This document shows positions 31,898 to 42,749 of a stretch of DNA of 64,000 nucleotides, one piece after another (position 1 is the first letter of the stretch; each line of letters starts with the position of its first letter). The notes beneath the pieces were generated by a model. The model saw only the letters and a program-made list of their open reading frames with translations. It did not search any database and was not told the origin of the DNA. The stretch lies in NCBI RefSeq assembly GCF_017348835.2, contig NZ_CP072317.1. The stretch is one strand, 5' to 3'. The DNA comes from Escherichia coli. GTDB taxonomy: Bacteria > Pseudomonadota > Gammaproteobacteria > Enterobacterales > Enterobacteriaceae. The translations under genes were made by a program, and so were the position numbers.

Positions 31898-32407
31898 ATG
31901 AAAAAATGGATGTTAGCAATCTGCCTGATGTTTATAAATGGGATCTGCGAAGCCGCCGATTGCTTTGATCTTGCAGGTCGGGATTACAAAATAGACCCGG
32001 ATTTACTGAGAGCGATATCATGGAAAGAATCCCGTTACCGGGTTAATGCCATCGGTATTAATCCGGTAACGGGATATGGCAGCGGACTGATGCAGGTAGA
32101 TTCCCAGCATTTTAACGAACTGGCCCGCTATGGAATTAAGCCGGAACATCTGACAACAGATCCCTGTATGAACATTTATACCGGTGCTTATTATCTGGCA
32201 ATAGCCTTTAAAAAATGGGGCGTCTCCTGGGAGGCCGTTGGTGCATACAATGCCGGATTCAGGAAGACCGAACGCCAGAACCAGAGACGTCTTGCCTACG
32301 CATCAGAGGTTTACCGGATTTATACCTGGATAAAGAGCAGTAAAGGCATCCGGGTTCCGACCACGAAGAAATCACTTTCCCAAATTAACAGTGTGCAGAA
32401 AAATTAA
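31898..32407 (+). CDS. lytic transglycosylase (F orf169 / gene X family)
   Basis: ORF 31805..32407; start at [10 protein letters not shown] gives 169 aa with signal peptide and SLT-like motifs. Confidence 0.85.
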   Translation: MKKWMLAICLMFINGICEAADCFDLAGRDYKIDPDLLRAISWKESRYRVNAIGINPVTGYGSGLMQVDSQHFNELARYGIKPEHLTTDPCMNIYTGAYYLAIAFKKWGVSWEAVGAYNAGFRKTERQNQRRLAYASEVYRIYTWIKSSKGIRVPTTKKSLSQINSVQKN

Positions 32408-32703
32408 TATTGTATACATTGTCAAATACCGGTTATGCCGCGACAGCGGCATGGAAGGCCACACACAAAAATATCATATGAGTGATAATGCTGACTGGCC
32501 GAAGCCCCGCAAAGCGGGATCCCATCTTATATATATCCGGTAACTGCGCAGCCTCCTGCCAGACCATTTTTCGCGGGCACAATATTTACAGACTACCGAA
32601 AAGCCAGTTGATGAAATTGAGGCATATCAGACGACACAGCAATGCCGCAGGATGATAATATAAGTAAAGCCCCGAAAAATTTTTCGGGGCTTTACTTATA
32701 TTA

Positions 32704-33525
32704 TCATGACTTCCACTCCCTGAACTGTTCGGCAATCATCCATAATGCTTTGTTGATTCGGATATCACCGTCAATGCCTGTAATGGCTCTTGTTCTGGTA
32801 TTTTTACCGGAGGCACTTCGCCCCGATAATCCACCTTTTATCATATTCTCCTGAACCCGCTGCCAGGTTGTCCAGAGATCGTTCTGTTTATCCTCCCAAC
32901 GGCGGGGAGTAATTATTTGTTCTGGCGTCACTGGCGTTTTATTTTCATCTTCGTACCTGGCCATCAATGCAGCTCTGCCAAATAAATGTTGTTCGTCACT
33001 GTTAAGATGTATCTCTTTCATTGTCTCCATATTTTCAGTGACTTTATCAAAGACACCGAGCACTTCATACGCTCCCTCAATAACCTGCCCGACAATATCA
33101 CCTTTATGTGGAACGCGGATTTCGCCAAAATTATTCCCACACACCAGGCCATTTGTGCAGACAAAACGAAAAATTCCTGGGATCATCTGATAACTGGATG
33201 AACCATCATGTGAATTAAGCAGGATAATTTCAGGAACTTCTTTCCCGTTAATATGCCCTTCCCTGCGAAGACGTAACATATGTTTACTGTATTCGCGGCG
33301 TCCCAAATCACGAACCCGACTCTGACAGGCAAAGAATGGCTGGAAACCTTCATCACGTAACTTATTGATGATATTGATGGTTGGGATATATGTATAACGC
33401 TCACTCCGGGATTCATGTTTATCACCAGAAAAGACAGATGGAACAAACTGCATTAATTCGTCATCCGTTAACGGGCGCTCACGGCGAATAGAATTATATC
33501 GACCAAAACGGGAAGCTAATCGCAT
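32704..33525 (-). CDS. conserved leading-region protein (F orf273-like)
   Basis: 273-aa ORF in the orf273 position of F-like leading regions. Confidence 0.55.
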   Translation of the reverse strand: MRLASRFGRYNSIRRERPLTDDELMQFVPSVFSGDKHESRSERYTYIPTINIINKLRDEGFQPFFACQSRVRDLGRREYSKHMLRLRREGHINGKEVPEIILLNSHDGSSSYQMIPGIFRFVCTNGLVCGNNFGEIRVPHKGDIVGQVIEGAYEVLGVFDKVTENMETMKEIHLNSDEQHLFGRAALMARYEDENKTPVTPEQIITPRRWEDKQNDLWTTWQRVQENMIKGGLSGRSASGKNTRTRAITGIDGDIRINKALWMIAEQFREWKS

Positions 33526-33635
33526 AACAGTAACTCCTTTATGAAGGCATAAAATTAATAAAAGTTTTTTCGCTTAATATCATCCCCCCTCGGTTATCGT
33601 TAACAAAAAGACAACAATTCCGAGGGGAAGGACCA

Positions 33636-33932
33636 TCAAATCAGGTCAGTTCGGGACTGACCAACCTGCCGAGTGAAAAGCAGTAACAGCGCGATCAACT
33701 CATCAGCGTTTTTTCTGACAAGAGGAGTATGATTCTCCAGGCTATCCAGTAAGTCATGCAGCTCATTATTGACCTGGTGGAGCACCTTAAAGAGTGCACC
33801 AGAATCCCGGCAGCTCTGATATGCAAGATTTGCCTGAACAGCACGATTCTGCATGATCCCGATTTGTGCGATTGCGTCTTTCTGCTGATCGCCTGTTGGC
33901 TGATAAGTGGTGTTAAAAGAAAATGCGCTCAT
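33636..33932 (-). CDS. hypothetical protein, first ORF 3' of Frpo-like repeat copy 1
   Basis: 98-aa ORF; start codon 9 bp from the repeat boundary. Confidence 0.45.
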   Translation of the reverse strand: MSAFSFNTTYQPTGDQQKDAIAQIGIMQNRAVQANLAYQSCRDSGALFKVLHQVNNELHDLLDSLENHTPLVRKNADELIALLLLFTRQVGQSRTDLI

Positions 33933-33940
33933 AATTCCTC

Positions 33941-34620
33941 CTGTATCTGATGTTTTCAGCCCCCATCATCTGTTGAGTTTCGGGAGCCGCGGTTTTGACG
34001 TTTTGCGGGGACCTGCCTTTTGTTCCCTCCGGTATTCACCATCACCTGTTTGAGAACCTTCGCCGCAAGGGGCATCACTGCCACGGCCTGACGCACCTGT
34101 CCTGGGCAGAACGCAAAATTTTTTACCGGGTTTTGGGTAAAAAATTTTGTGGGCTGTTCATTTACCCTGGACAGTCAGTGCGGCAGGTTGTGGCTGTCTA
34201 TGCCCCCGGCGACAGGGGCTTAAACAGGTGAATGGCACCGGACAGAACAACGGGCAGGGACCCGCCGCAACGACGTGAAGCGCGGTTTGCGAAACGGCGT
34301 TGCTCCTTACATCCCGGCGTCTTTTGCCGGGATGCCGGGAGCGCAGGCCACGGCGCGACAAGGGTGGCGCGACCGTTCCGGTCGCTGCAAACCCGGGTTT
34401 TTGCGTCAGGGATGGAAGCCCGCCAGGGCGGAGACAGCTTCGCTGGCTCCGTTCACGACAGCCCGCCCCGCCAGGGGGACGCCCGGAAAAGGCATAAGCA
34501 GGAGAACAACAAAACAGACAATAATCAGGGCAGCAGTAATCAGAGTCAGAGCAGTAATCAGAGTCAGAGCAGGAGGAAAAAGAGAATAATCAAAGGGAAG
34601 GTGATGTGATTTCTGGTAAG
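33941..34620 (+). promoter_or_regulatory. Frpo/ssi-like repeat unit, copy 1 (candidate single-stranded-DNA promoter)
   Basis: Near-identical to 39431-40110 and related to 42750-43400; contains a ~230-nt imperfect hairpin on the + (transferred) strand. Confidence 0.6.
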
Positions 34621-34846
34621 TCATAAACAGAGAAGGCGGGGGAAAAGAACGGGCGCCGCAGGCGCACGTTCATCCCCGTTCCCGGAGGGAAACGGCCTTC
34701 CTGGCAGTCTGGTTGTTCATGCCCGTACAATGCCAGCAAGGAGAAAGGGGCCACCGGCGAACCAGCAGCCCCTTTATAAAGGCGCTTCAGTGCAGTCAGA
34801 CCAGCATCAGCCCTGAAAAGGCGGGCCTGCGCCCGCCTCCAGGTTG

Positions 34847-35005
34847 CTACTTACCGGATTCGTAAGCCATGAAAGCCGCCACCTCCCTGTGTCCGTCTCT
34901 GTAACGAATCTCGCACAGCGATTTTCGTGTCAGATAAGTGAATATCAACAGTGTGAGACACACGATCAACACACACCAGACAAGGGAACTTCGTGGTAGT
35001 TTCAT
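34847..35005 (-). CDS. hok: Hok-family toxin (hok/flmA)
   Basis: Manual translation gives [52 protein letters not shown] (52 aa); below ORF-track size cutoff; GC hairpin 34821-34840 in 3' region. Confidence 0.85.
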   Translation of the reverse strand: MKLPRSSLVWCVLIVCLTLLIFTYLTRKSLCEIRYRDGHREVAAFMAYESGK

Positions 35006-35063
35006 GGCCTTCTTCTCCTTGCGCAAAGCGCGGTAAGAGGCTATCCTGATGTGGACTAGACAT
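34851..35063 (-). CDS. mok: Mok (modulation of killing) overlapping reading frame
   Basis: 70-aa ORF overlapping hok in another frame, as in hok/sok loci; sok antisense RNA expected on + strand about 35030-35110 but not delimited. Confidence 0.55.
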   Translation of the reverse strand: MSSPHQDSLLPRFAQGEEGHETTTKFPCLVCVDRVSHTVDIHLSDTKIAVRDSLQRRTQGGGGFHGLRIR

Positions 35064-35284
35064 AGGGATGCCTCGTGGTGGTTAATGAAAATTAACTTAC
35101 TACGGGGCTATCTTCTTTCTGCCACACAACACGGTAACAAACCACCTTCACGTCATGAGGCAGAAAGCCTCAAGCGCCGGGCACATCATAGCCCATATAC
35201 CTGCACGCTGACCACACTCACTTTTCCTGAAAATAACCCGCTCATTCAGGCTGTTTACGGGTAATCTGTGTGATTGTTGCCGCA

Positions 35285-36004
35285 TCACGCCGCCTCCCGG
35301 AGTTTGTTCGGCACCATCCACCGCTCCATCTCACGGACAGCGTGACCGGCCTCTCTTGCTGCAAGACTGGCTTCCGCAATAACCTGCCAGAACGGCATAT
35401 CCTGCCACTGCCAGCGTTCCATTCCGGCCAGTGACGGAAAACGCTCACCCCACTGCCAGAACAGGGTTTCCAGGTCATGCTCTGCCACCCGGTCACTCCA
35501 GCGTGCATGCCAGCTTCCGACTGTTTCCGGCGAATGGAATGCCAGTTCGATTTCAGCCTGAGCGACCAGCGCCTGGTACGCACGGGCTTTCTGCTCTGCC
35601 TCCCTCGCCTGCTGGCGGCTGTACTTTTGCATGACCAGTGCGGATTTGTGGCGACTGCGCTCCCTGACACGGAACCGCACCGACGGGAACAGCCGCTCTG
35701 CTGCATCGCCGGGAAGGGGAAGAAGGCAGACCTCGCCCTGAGTTTCAATCAGCACATCGACGGCATACAGCCACTGAGAACGGTTGCCGCGCAGTTCTTC
35801 TGCGGTCAGGGACGGCATGAAAAATCGCAGGTCAGACAGCGATATCCTGCGGCTTCCGTTCAGACAGCGGAAAAACGCCCCCGCATACGGATATTCCGCC
35901 AGCGTGTTTCCCTGGTGGCGGCGTTTTTCTGTCTCCGCCACCGCCCGCCATGCGGCCTGTTGCTCTGCGCTGAGGGGAACCAGTGCCTGTGAACGTGCGC
36001 TCAT
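35285..36004 (-). CDS. psiA: PsiA plasmid SOS inhibition protein A
   Basis: 239-aa ORF, stop/start coupled to psiB. Confidence 0.9.
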
Positions 36005-36435
36005 GCCTGACCTCCTTCCGCCATCAGGATATGGATGATGTCACTGACGCTGTACCCCTGCGCGTCCAGTGACGCCGCCAGTGCCAGTGAATGGCTGACG
36101 GCTTCCGGTGCAAACCGCCGCTGTACCTGAACCACCGCAAACGGCTCACCACCGGCATTCACCAGAACCAGCACCCAGACCTGAGAGACATCGCCCGGTG
36201 AACATAACGCCAGGTGAAAACGTTCGTGGGCAGGCGTGAAACGGACCTGGACGGGGAAAAAGCCGCCGAACTCGCTGCCATACTCGCCGTTCATCGTCCA
36301 GTTATCCGGCGCATCCAGCTCCCGCATCACGGCATGTGTGAGTTCACGACGTTCATCACTTCCGGCAGCCCGGATATCTTCATATTCCTGTGCGCTCATG
36401 GTCTGTAATACATTCAGGGTCAGTTCAGTTTTCAT
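36001..36435 (-). CDS. psiB: PsiB plasmid SOS inhibition protein B
   Basis: 144-aa product from second Met, matches F PsiB. Confidence 0.9.
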
Positions 36436-36503
36436 CACGGTATCTCCCTTGCTGCCGCCCCGTCTCCGGCAGGGCGGCGTGATAAATGGTTTATGACTGG
36501 CGG

Positions 36504-38527
36504 TCAGGCGGCTTCTGCCTGGTCGTCACGGTACTCCGTGGTTTCCGTCTCTGCCTGTGGACGTGGTGTACACATCCAGCCAGGCACCCAGCGGTTGTCT
36601 TTCATGTGGAACTCTGCATGTTCAGCGGCATCGCCTTTCTTCATTTTCTCCGCGTCCCGCGCAGCACCGGACAGTCCGGCATCATTCAGGGCATCGATAA
36701 TCTGCGGCTTTTGCAGGTGTCCGAAGAAGTTTGCTTTCGTCGGCTGCCACCAGTCGCGCATGTGGAATCCGATAGCGCTCTCCAGCGAGTCCAGCGGACT
36801 GCGTGACGTGTGACCATGCTCGCGGGTCTGAACGCCGTGGATGCTGCACGCGGTGCAGAAACTGAGCAGGGATAACAGTACCTCCTGGCTGAGTGACAGG
36901 AATGTCGTCATATCCCGTGACCATCCCTCCGGTAACAGGGCTGCAAGACGGGCTTTTTCTGCCATCAGCGCCAGGAATGCGGCACCGTCCTTCCCCGATG
37001 GCGCATCGCTGGTCAGCGAATAATGTTTACATTCCAGGCTGATTTGTGCTGGTTTACTGTACGCTCCGCTGCCAAACACATTCAGGCAGAGCGCTGATGA
37101 ATCCCCTAATGATTTTGGTAAAAATCATTAGGGGATTCATCAGGGCAGAGCGTCCATGCCAGCAGTGCCAGAGATTTGTCCGGTTGCTGCATCAGTGCTG
37201 CCTGGACTGCCAGCGTGCGTTCGGAAGACATTTTCGTCAGCAGTGGCAGACTGATTTCCTCCACGGGCGCTTTCTCCTGCACCTGTTCCGTGCGGTCAGC
37301 GTCGTCAGCCGCATCATCCTCGCTGCGCAACTGCACACCACGCTGGACACACACGTTGCCATAACGCCAGGACACCACCACACCGCTTCCGGCACGCATC
37401 TCCGGCGTCCACGCCCTGACCTTCGCCATGCAGCGCATCAGCTTCATTTCTGCTTCCAGCAGGTCAGATTCCTCACACTGGTTTTCCAGCGCGTCGTAAC
37501 GCGTCATCAGTTCGTTCAGACGTTCTTCTTCCGCCTCCGTCAGCACCGCTTCCGGCTCCGGCAGACAGCGGTATGTTCCGGCATCCTCACGGCACTCACC
37601 GACAGGCTCCATGCGTCCGGCGCACCATCCCCAGCCTTCGGCTTCCCGAAGGTGTTCAGCAACAGCCTGGAGTTTTTCCAGCAGGGCGGCATCGAGCGCC
37701 ACGCAGTCCACATAGCCACCCTCGTCGTCGCTGAACAGGTCAGTGCGCAGTTCATCTGGCGAGAAGGCATCAGCCCCCACGAAGCGGAATTTACTGTTCC
37801 CTGCCACCGCCACTTCACTTTCGGTCACCAGACGACGAATGGTCTGTACTTCCGGTTTACCGCCCCATCCCGACTGACAGGCGGCTTCAAACACCTGCAC
37901 CTGACGCGCGGTGTCGTTCTCCAGCGCCAGCGCCTGACAGTGCTCGGTGGTGATGAGGTCTTCTGCCAGCGCATCGAGGATGACAGGCGCAAGGTCAGCC
38001 AGTTTCAGCATTCGCTGAACGTGGCGGGGTGAATAGCCCAGCAAATCACCGATTTGTGCAGGTGTTTTGCCTTCCTGCGCCATTGCACAGAATCCGGCAA
38101 TCTGTTCGGCTGGGTGCATATCCCGACGATGACCGTTCTCGGTCATCGATGCGGCCGTCGCCAGTTCCTGCGAAATAATTTTCACGCGGACAGGCCAGTC
38201 AGCCGGAATGATGCCACGCTCTGCCAGCATGTTGAGTGCTGCCAGTCGGCGACCACCTGCGGCGACACCGTGGCGGTCACCTGGCAGGGCATGAACAACC
38301 AGATTCTGCAGCAGGCCGACCCCCTTAATGGAATCAGCCAGTTCGCTGACGGACTCCGCAGAATACGGCACCGTGCGCACATTCAGTGGTGACTTAATCA
38401 GCGAGGCCAGCGGCACGCTCACTTCCTCCGTCTGCGCCAGCAGGGCAGACAGGACAGTTTCCTGCGTTTTTGCAGGTTTACGGCTTGCTTTACGGGTAGA
38501 TTTTGGTTCAGACTTTGTTACTGACAT
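36504..38527 (-). pseudogene. ParB-like leading-region gene disrupted by a 59-bp insertion
   Basis: ORFs 37106..38527 and 36504..37079 are in different frames; removing the 50-bp element plus one 9-bp duplicate restores one frame; upstream ORF ends in DESPNDFYQNH encoded by the insert. Confidence 0.7.
37094..37143. mobile_element. 50-bp palindromic mini-element made of IS10 terminal inverted-repeat sequence, flanked by 9-bp direct repeats
   Basis: CTGATGAATCCCCTAATGATTTTGGTAAAAATCATTAGGGGATTCATCAG; flanking GGCAGAGCG at 37085-37093 and 37144-37152. Confidence 0.65.
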
Positions 38528-38587
38528 GACTATCCCCTTATTGTGTAGTTAATGTCTGCCGGACGTGATCCCCGTCCGGCACCTCTC

Positions 38588-38860
<273 letters not shown>

Positions 38861-38878
38861 TTATCACAGTCAGGCCAG

Positions 38879-39406
38879 TCAGAACGGGATATCGTCTGAA
38901 AACCCGTAATCCTCCCCCTCCGGTGGTTGCGGCTGAGGCTCCGGCTGCGCAGCCTTACGTCCACGGCCTTTCGTTTTCGCGCTCCCTTTTTTCGTCGCGT
39001 CAGCACTCTGTGACTGACCATTCTGCTGAGGCTGCGGTTGCACCTGAGCGTTCTGCTGTGGTGCACTCCCCAGCATCTGCATGGTGCCCGTGGTTTTAAC
39101 AAGGATTTCGGTGACGTAACGGGTAATACCGTTATCTTCCCAGCTACGGGTGCGAAGCTGGCCTTCAATGTAGACCTGCGCCCCCTTACGCAGATATTCA
39201 CCTGCCACTTCCGCGAGCTTGCCGAACAGCACCACGCGGTGCCATTCCGTCTGCTCCTTCATTTCCCCCGTCTGTTTGTCGCGCCAGGTTTCTGACGTGG
39301 CCACCTGCAGGTTTGCCACTGCGCCCCCGTTGGGGATGTAACGGACTTCCGGATCTTTTCCCAGACGACCGACAAGAATGACCTTGTTAATGCCACGAAC
39401 TGCCAT
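38879..39406 (-). CDS. ssb: plasmid single-stranded DNA-binding protein
   Basis: ORF 38879..39445; start at [16 protein letters not shown]; OB-fold N-terminus, Q/P-rich linker, acidic tail DDIPF. Confidence 0.92.
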   Translation of the reverse strand: MAVRGINKVILVGRLGKDPEVRYIPNGGAVANLQVATSETWRDKQTGEMKEQTEWHRVVLFGKLAEVAGEYLRKGAQVYIEGQLRTRSWEDNGITRYVTEILVKTTGTMQMLGSAPQQNAQVQPQPQQNGQSQSADATKKGSAKTKGRGRKAAQPEPQPQPPEGEDYGFSDDIPF

Positions 39407-39430
39407 GATGTGTCTCCTTCTGTTGATGTT

Positions 39431-40110
39431 TTCAGCCCCCATCATCTGTTGAGTTTCGGGAGCCGCGGTTTTGACGTTTTGCGGGGACCTGCCTTTTGTT
39501 CCCTCCGGTATTCACCATCACCTGTTTGAGAACCTTCGCCGCAAGGGGCATCACTGCCACGGCCTGACGCACCTGTCCTGGGCAGAACGCAAAATTTTTT
39601 ACCGGGTTTTGGGTAAAAAATTTTGTGGGCTGTTCATTTACCCTGGACAGTCAGTGCGGCAGGTTGTGGCTGTCTATGCCCCCGGCGACAGGGGCTTAAA
39701 CAGGTGAATGGCACCGGACAGAACAACGGGCAGGGACCCGCCGCAACGACGTGAAGCGCGGTTTGCGAAACGGCGTTGCTCCTTACATCCCGGCGTCTTT
39801 TGCCGGGATGCCGGGAGCGCAGGCCACGGCGCGACAAGGGTGGCGCGACCGTTCCGGTCGCTGCAAACCCGGGTTTTTGCGTCAGGGATGGAAGCCCGCC
39901 AGGGCGGAGACAGCTTCGCTGGCTCCGTTCACGACAGCCCGCCCCGCCAGGGGGACGCCCGGAAAAGGCATAAGCAGGAGAACAACAAAACAGACAATAA
40001 TCAGGGCAGTAGAAAAAAGAAGAACAGTAGCAGTAGCAGTAGCAGTAGCAGTAGCAGTAGCAGTAGCAGTAGCAGTAGCAGGAACAACAACATCATCAGT
40101 AACAGACAAA
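39431..40110 (+). promoter_or_regulatory. Frpo/ssi-like repeat unit, copy 2, immediately 5' of ssb
   Basis: Near-identical to copy 1; ssb start about 25 bp away. Confidence 0.65.
40026..40081. repeat. hexanucleotide microsatellite (CAGTAG, about 9 copies)
   Basis: Perfect tandem repeat at the distal end of repeat copy 2; copy 1 carries an 18-bp-type imperfect repeat at the same place. Confidence 0.9.
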
Positions 40111-40260
40111 TGACAGGTCTGAAAAGACAGAAGCCCCCATCAGAACGTCCGCGTAATGAAAGGGGCGGCGCGTGAGCGCGGCCCCTTTCAGCGCCACCGG
40201 CGCGCGGTTTTTTCCCGGCGCGGACAGACGGGCATTTATCCTCCCGCCAGCCCTGTGTCA

Positions 40261-40824
40261 TCAGGCACGCAAACGAATAATCATCGTCGGGACATCGGTA
40301 TAAGCAAACGTGCCGCGCGGCAGCTCCTCGCGGACGTCAGAAAACGGTAACAGCTTCTCCTGCTGGCGTGGCCCGTTGAGACAGACGGCAACCAGAACGC
40401 CCCCCGGACGCAACAGGGAAAAAGCCCGCAGGATATGCCGGATATCCTGCCCGTGACTGAACGGCGGATTCATAATGATCCGGCTGTAATACTGCACCGA
40501 CTGCCATTCCATGAAGTCGCCACACTGTACCCTGACACCGTTAAAATTTTCCCGCAGATACCGGACCAGCCCGCTGTTAATCTCCACCGCATCACACATG
40601 GCCTCCGGCGCGGTATCCCGAATCGCCCGCAGTATGGCCCCGGTGCCGGCAGAGGGTTCCAGAATGTGATCACGGTTGCTGATTTCCGCCAGCGTCACCA
40701 GGCGATCACAGATCGGGGCAGGACTCACAAAAAGCTGAGATTCAGCCCGGATTTCAGCAACCGGCGCGGCGTTATCCAGCCTTGCGCGCATCAGCCGGAT
40801 ACGTTCTCTTAACTGACTGTGCAT
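40261..40824 (-). CDS. orphan SAM-dependent DNA methyltransferase (NPPF motif)
   Basis: 187-aa ORF with SAM-binding EPSAGTG-like motif and NPPF; no adjacent restriction gene. Confidence 0.65.
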   Translation of the reverse strand: MHSQLRERIRLMRARLDNAAPVAEIRAESQLFVSPAPICDRLVTLAEISNRDHILEPSAGTGAILRAIRDTAPEAMCDAVEINSGLVRYLRENFNGVRVQCGDFMEWQSVQYYSRIIMNPPFSHGQDIRHILRAFSLLRPGGVLVAVCLNGPRQQEKLLPFSDVREELPRGTFAYTDVPTMIIRLRA

Positions 40825-40870
40825 ATCATTATCTCCGTCATCCCCCGGGGATTTCCCGGGGGGATATACC

Positions 40871-42232
40871 TTATTTCTGTGGGATTTCCGTGATTTTCAT
40901 GTCGGTGATATACACATTCACCAGACGGAAATTATTGTCCATTGTGCGGCGGTAGCGGTATGCCCCGTGGTCTTCTGCTTCTTCCACACTGCGCACGGCC
41001 TTACAGTCCCGGGGCAGGGCGGCCCACTGCGCCTTTGTCATTTCCCGGAAACCTTCCCCCGGATAGTTGACTACCGGCGGACGCTTCGCGGCCTGACTGG
41101 CGACGGCAGCCTCTTCTGCCGATGGTGCTTTGTAGTCCGTGATGCGATCGGGCGTCACTTTCATCGTGCCGCTGTACCCGAGAAAACTGTAATTTGGCGT
41201 TGTGACTGAACTCACCGCCCCGTTGCTTTTGTTCACGCGGATGATAGTCAGCCACTCGCCCCGGCTGAAAACCTGTCCGCCCGGCTCAAAATCCTGTGTC
41301 CGGGTAACCACGCCGCCGCTTTCGTCCAGCATGGCACGCTCATAGATCAGGCGGTTCTGATAGTGGTTAACCCAGCGTTGCTGATGCTGAATCTGCCGTT
41401 CATGACAGCGGATCGCAATTTCGCGGGCCTGCTCCGTGGTGATGATGTCATCATCCAGGGCCGACCATAACGACCGGCTCCCTTCATACTGGCTTTTTTC
41501 TGCCGGGCGCGGATACGTATCCAGCGGGAAACAGGCGCTGATATGGTCATGACTGCTGATGAGTTTTGCCATATTCAGATCCAGCGATTCAGCCCGCCAC
41601 ATCGTCAGATATTTCTGCGACTGTGCGATGGTCTTTTCAGCCTTGCGCAAATCAGCTTCGATTTTTTTGATACGACGCCAGCGAACGTCCGGGCGTTCTT
41701 TATACTTCGCGTGAAGCAGTGCCGACCGCGCCCGTTCTTCCCAGTATTCCGCACGTTCAAAGAGCATCACGGCACGTTTCATGCCGTTTTCAATACGCTG
41801 CGCATCACGACGGGCGCGGCGTTCGCTGTGATGCCCCACAAGAATGGGCTGACCGGGCGGGATCATCGCGGCCAGTCTTTCCACTTCATCAAGTGCCTGT
41901 GCGGATTCACTGGCCCGCTTTCCGCTGTATCCGGTAAACCGCTCCGCCCGTGCTTCCTGACGTTCAGCGAGCGTGCTGTCTTCATCCTCAATCTCTCCGG
42001 CAAGTGAGAGGAGCACGTCTTCCCGGCCCGGTGTCCAGGCTGGCGCGACAAACAGCGCCTGTCTGGGTGCCCAGCGGAAACCGGCATCATGCACTTTTTT
42101 ATACGTCTCCGGGTCAAGACGTGACGCGGCATACAGGCGCAGTTTGTTGTCATCCGGTGAGTAGGTCGCGCGGTACATCTGCACAGGGCTGGCGGCTTCC
42201 GGGGCGGTCATGGTGATTGCAGCTAATGTCAT
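40871..42232 (-). CDS. hypothetical leading-region protein (453 aa)
   Basis: Long ORF with good coding continuity between the 76-aa ORF and the methyltransferase. Confidence 0.55.
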   Translation of the reverse strand: MTLAAITMTAPEAASPVQMYRATYSPDDNKLRLYAASRLDPETYKKVHDAGFRWAPRQALFVAPAWTPGREDVLLSLAGEIEDEDSTLAERQEARAERFTGYSGKRASESAQALDEVERLAAMIPPGQPILVGHHSERRARRDAQRIENGMKRAVMLFERAEYWEERARSALLHAKYKERPDVRWRRIKKIEADLRKAEKTIAQSQKYLTMWRAESLDLNMAKLISSHDHISACFPLDTYPRPAEKSQYEGSRSLWSALDDDIITTEQAREIAIRCHERQIQHQQRWVNHYQNRLIYERAMLDESGGVVTRTQDFEPGGQVFSRGEWLTIIRVNKSNGAVSSVTTPNYSFLGYSGTMKVTPDRITDYKAPSAEEAAVASQAAKRPPVVNYPGEGFREMTKAQWAALPRDCKAVRSVEEAEDHGAYRYRRTMDNNFRLVNVYITDMKITEIPQK

Positions 42233-42283
42233 AAAATGTTCTCCTTCCGTCTGTTGCCGCCCCTCGCGGGGCGGCTCACCTCA

Positions 42284-42514
42284 TCAGTTAAAAGCGCGTT
42301 TCAGTTCGAGTGTGCGGAGCACCTGCCCGAAAGCCGTATTTTTCATGGCGGGGATGTGTACACCACGTCCCCGGTGAAAACTCCGGGCAATGTGTCGCCC
42401 GAAGGCTTTCAGCACGGGGTCAATTTCCGGCGCGGGGATGTCTTCGCGTCTGAAACGGGGATGACGGCGGGGCTTTACAGCCGCTGCGGAAGGTGAAACA
42501 ATACTTACCGTCAT
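42284..42514 (-). CDS. hypothetical basic small protein, first ORF 3' of Frpo-like copy 3
   Basis: 76-aa ORF. Confidence 0.4.
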   Translation of the reverse strand: MTVSIVSPSAAAVKPRRHPRFRREDIPAPEIDPVLKAFGRHIARSFHRGRGVHIPAMKNTAFGQVLRTLELKRAFN

Positions 42515-42749
42515 AAATGAAACTCCTTATGACTGTTGAATGGAACCGCAGAAACTGCTCGAACAGTTTTTGCGGTGTGGATTAAGCAGGTCCTCCCCGG
42601 CCTGCTTTTTTCATATCTGCGTCTGACGTTCTCCGGTGTTTTCCTCCTTCTGTTCCTGCGTTCTCATTACCTGCCAGCCGGATGACTGACAGAACAAATA
42701 AATGCGTATTGCCGGAGCCTGAAATAAATCCTGATTTTTAAAGAACATC

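Noticed and set aside
34232-34609. + strand ORFs in the repeat units with poly-Ser, poly-Asn or QS-rich translations (also 39708..40175 and 42929..43279)
   Set aside because: They fall inside the GC-rich hairpin and microsatellite parts of the Frpo-like repeats; low-complexity products with no start context, on the strand that cannot be transcribed from ssDNA.
34406-34624. Minus-strand 72-75-aa ORF with hydrophobic C-terminus present in repeat copies 1 and 2 (also 39882..40109)
   Set aside because: Its conservation is explained by DNA repeat identity, its N-terminus is translated microsatellite, and copy 3 has no equivalent; kept only as a remote possibility of a leader peptide.
37046-38032. 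328-aa + strand ORF
   Set aside because: Antisense to the ParB-like gene; His/Arg-rich translation without a recognisable domain.
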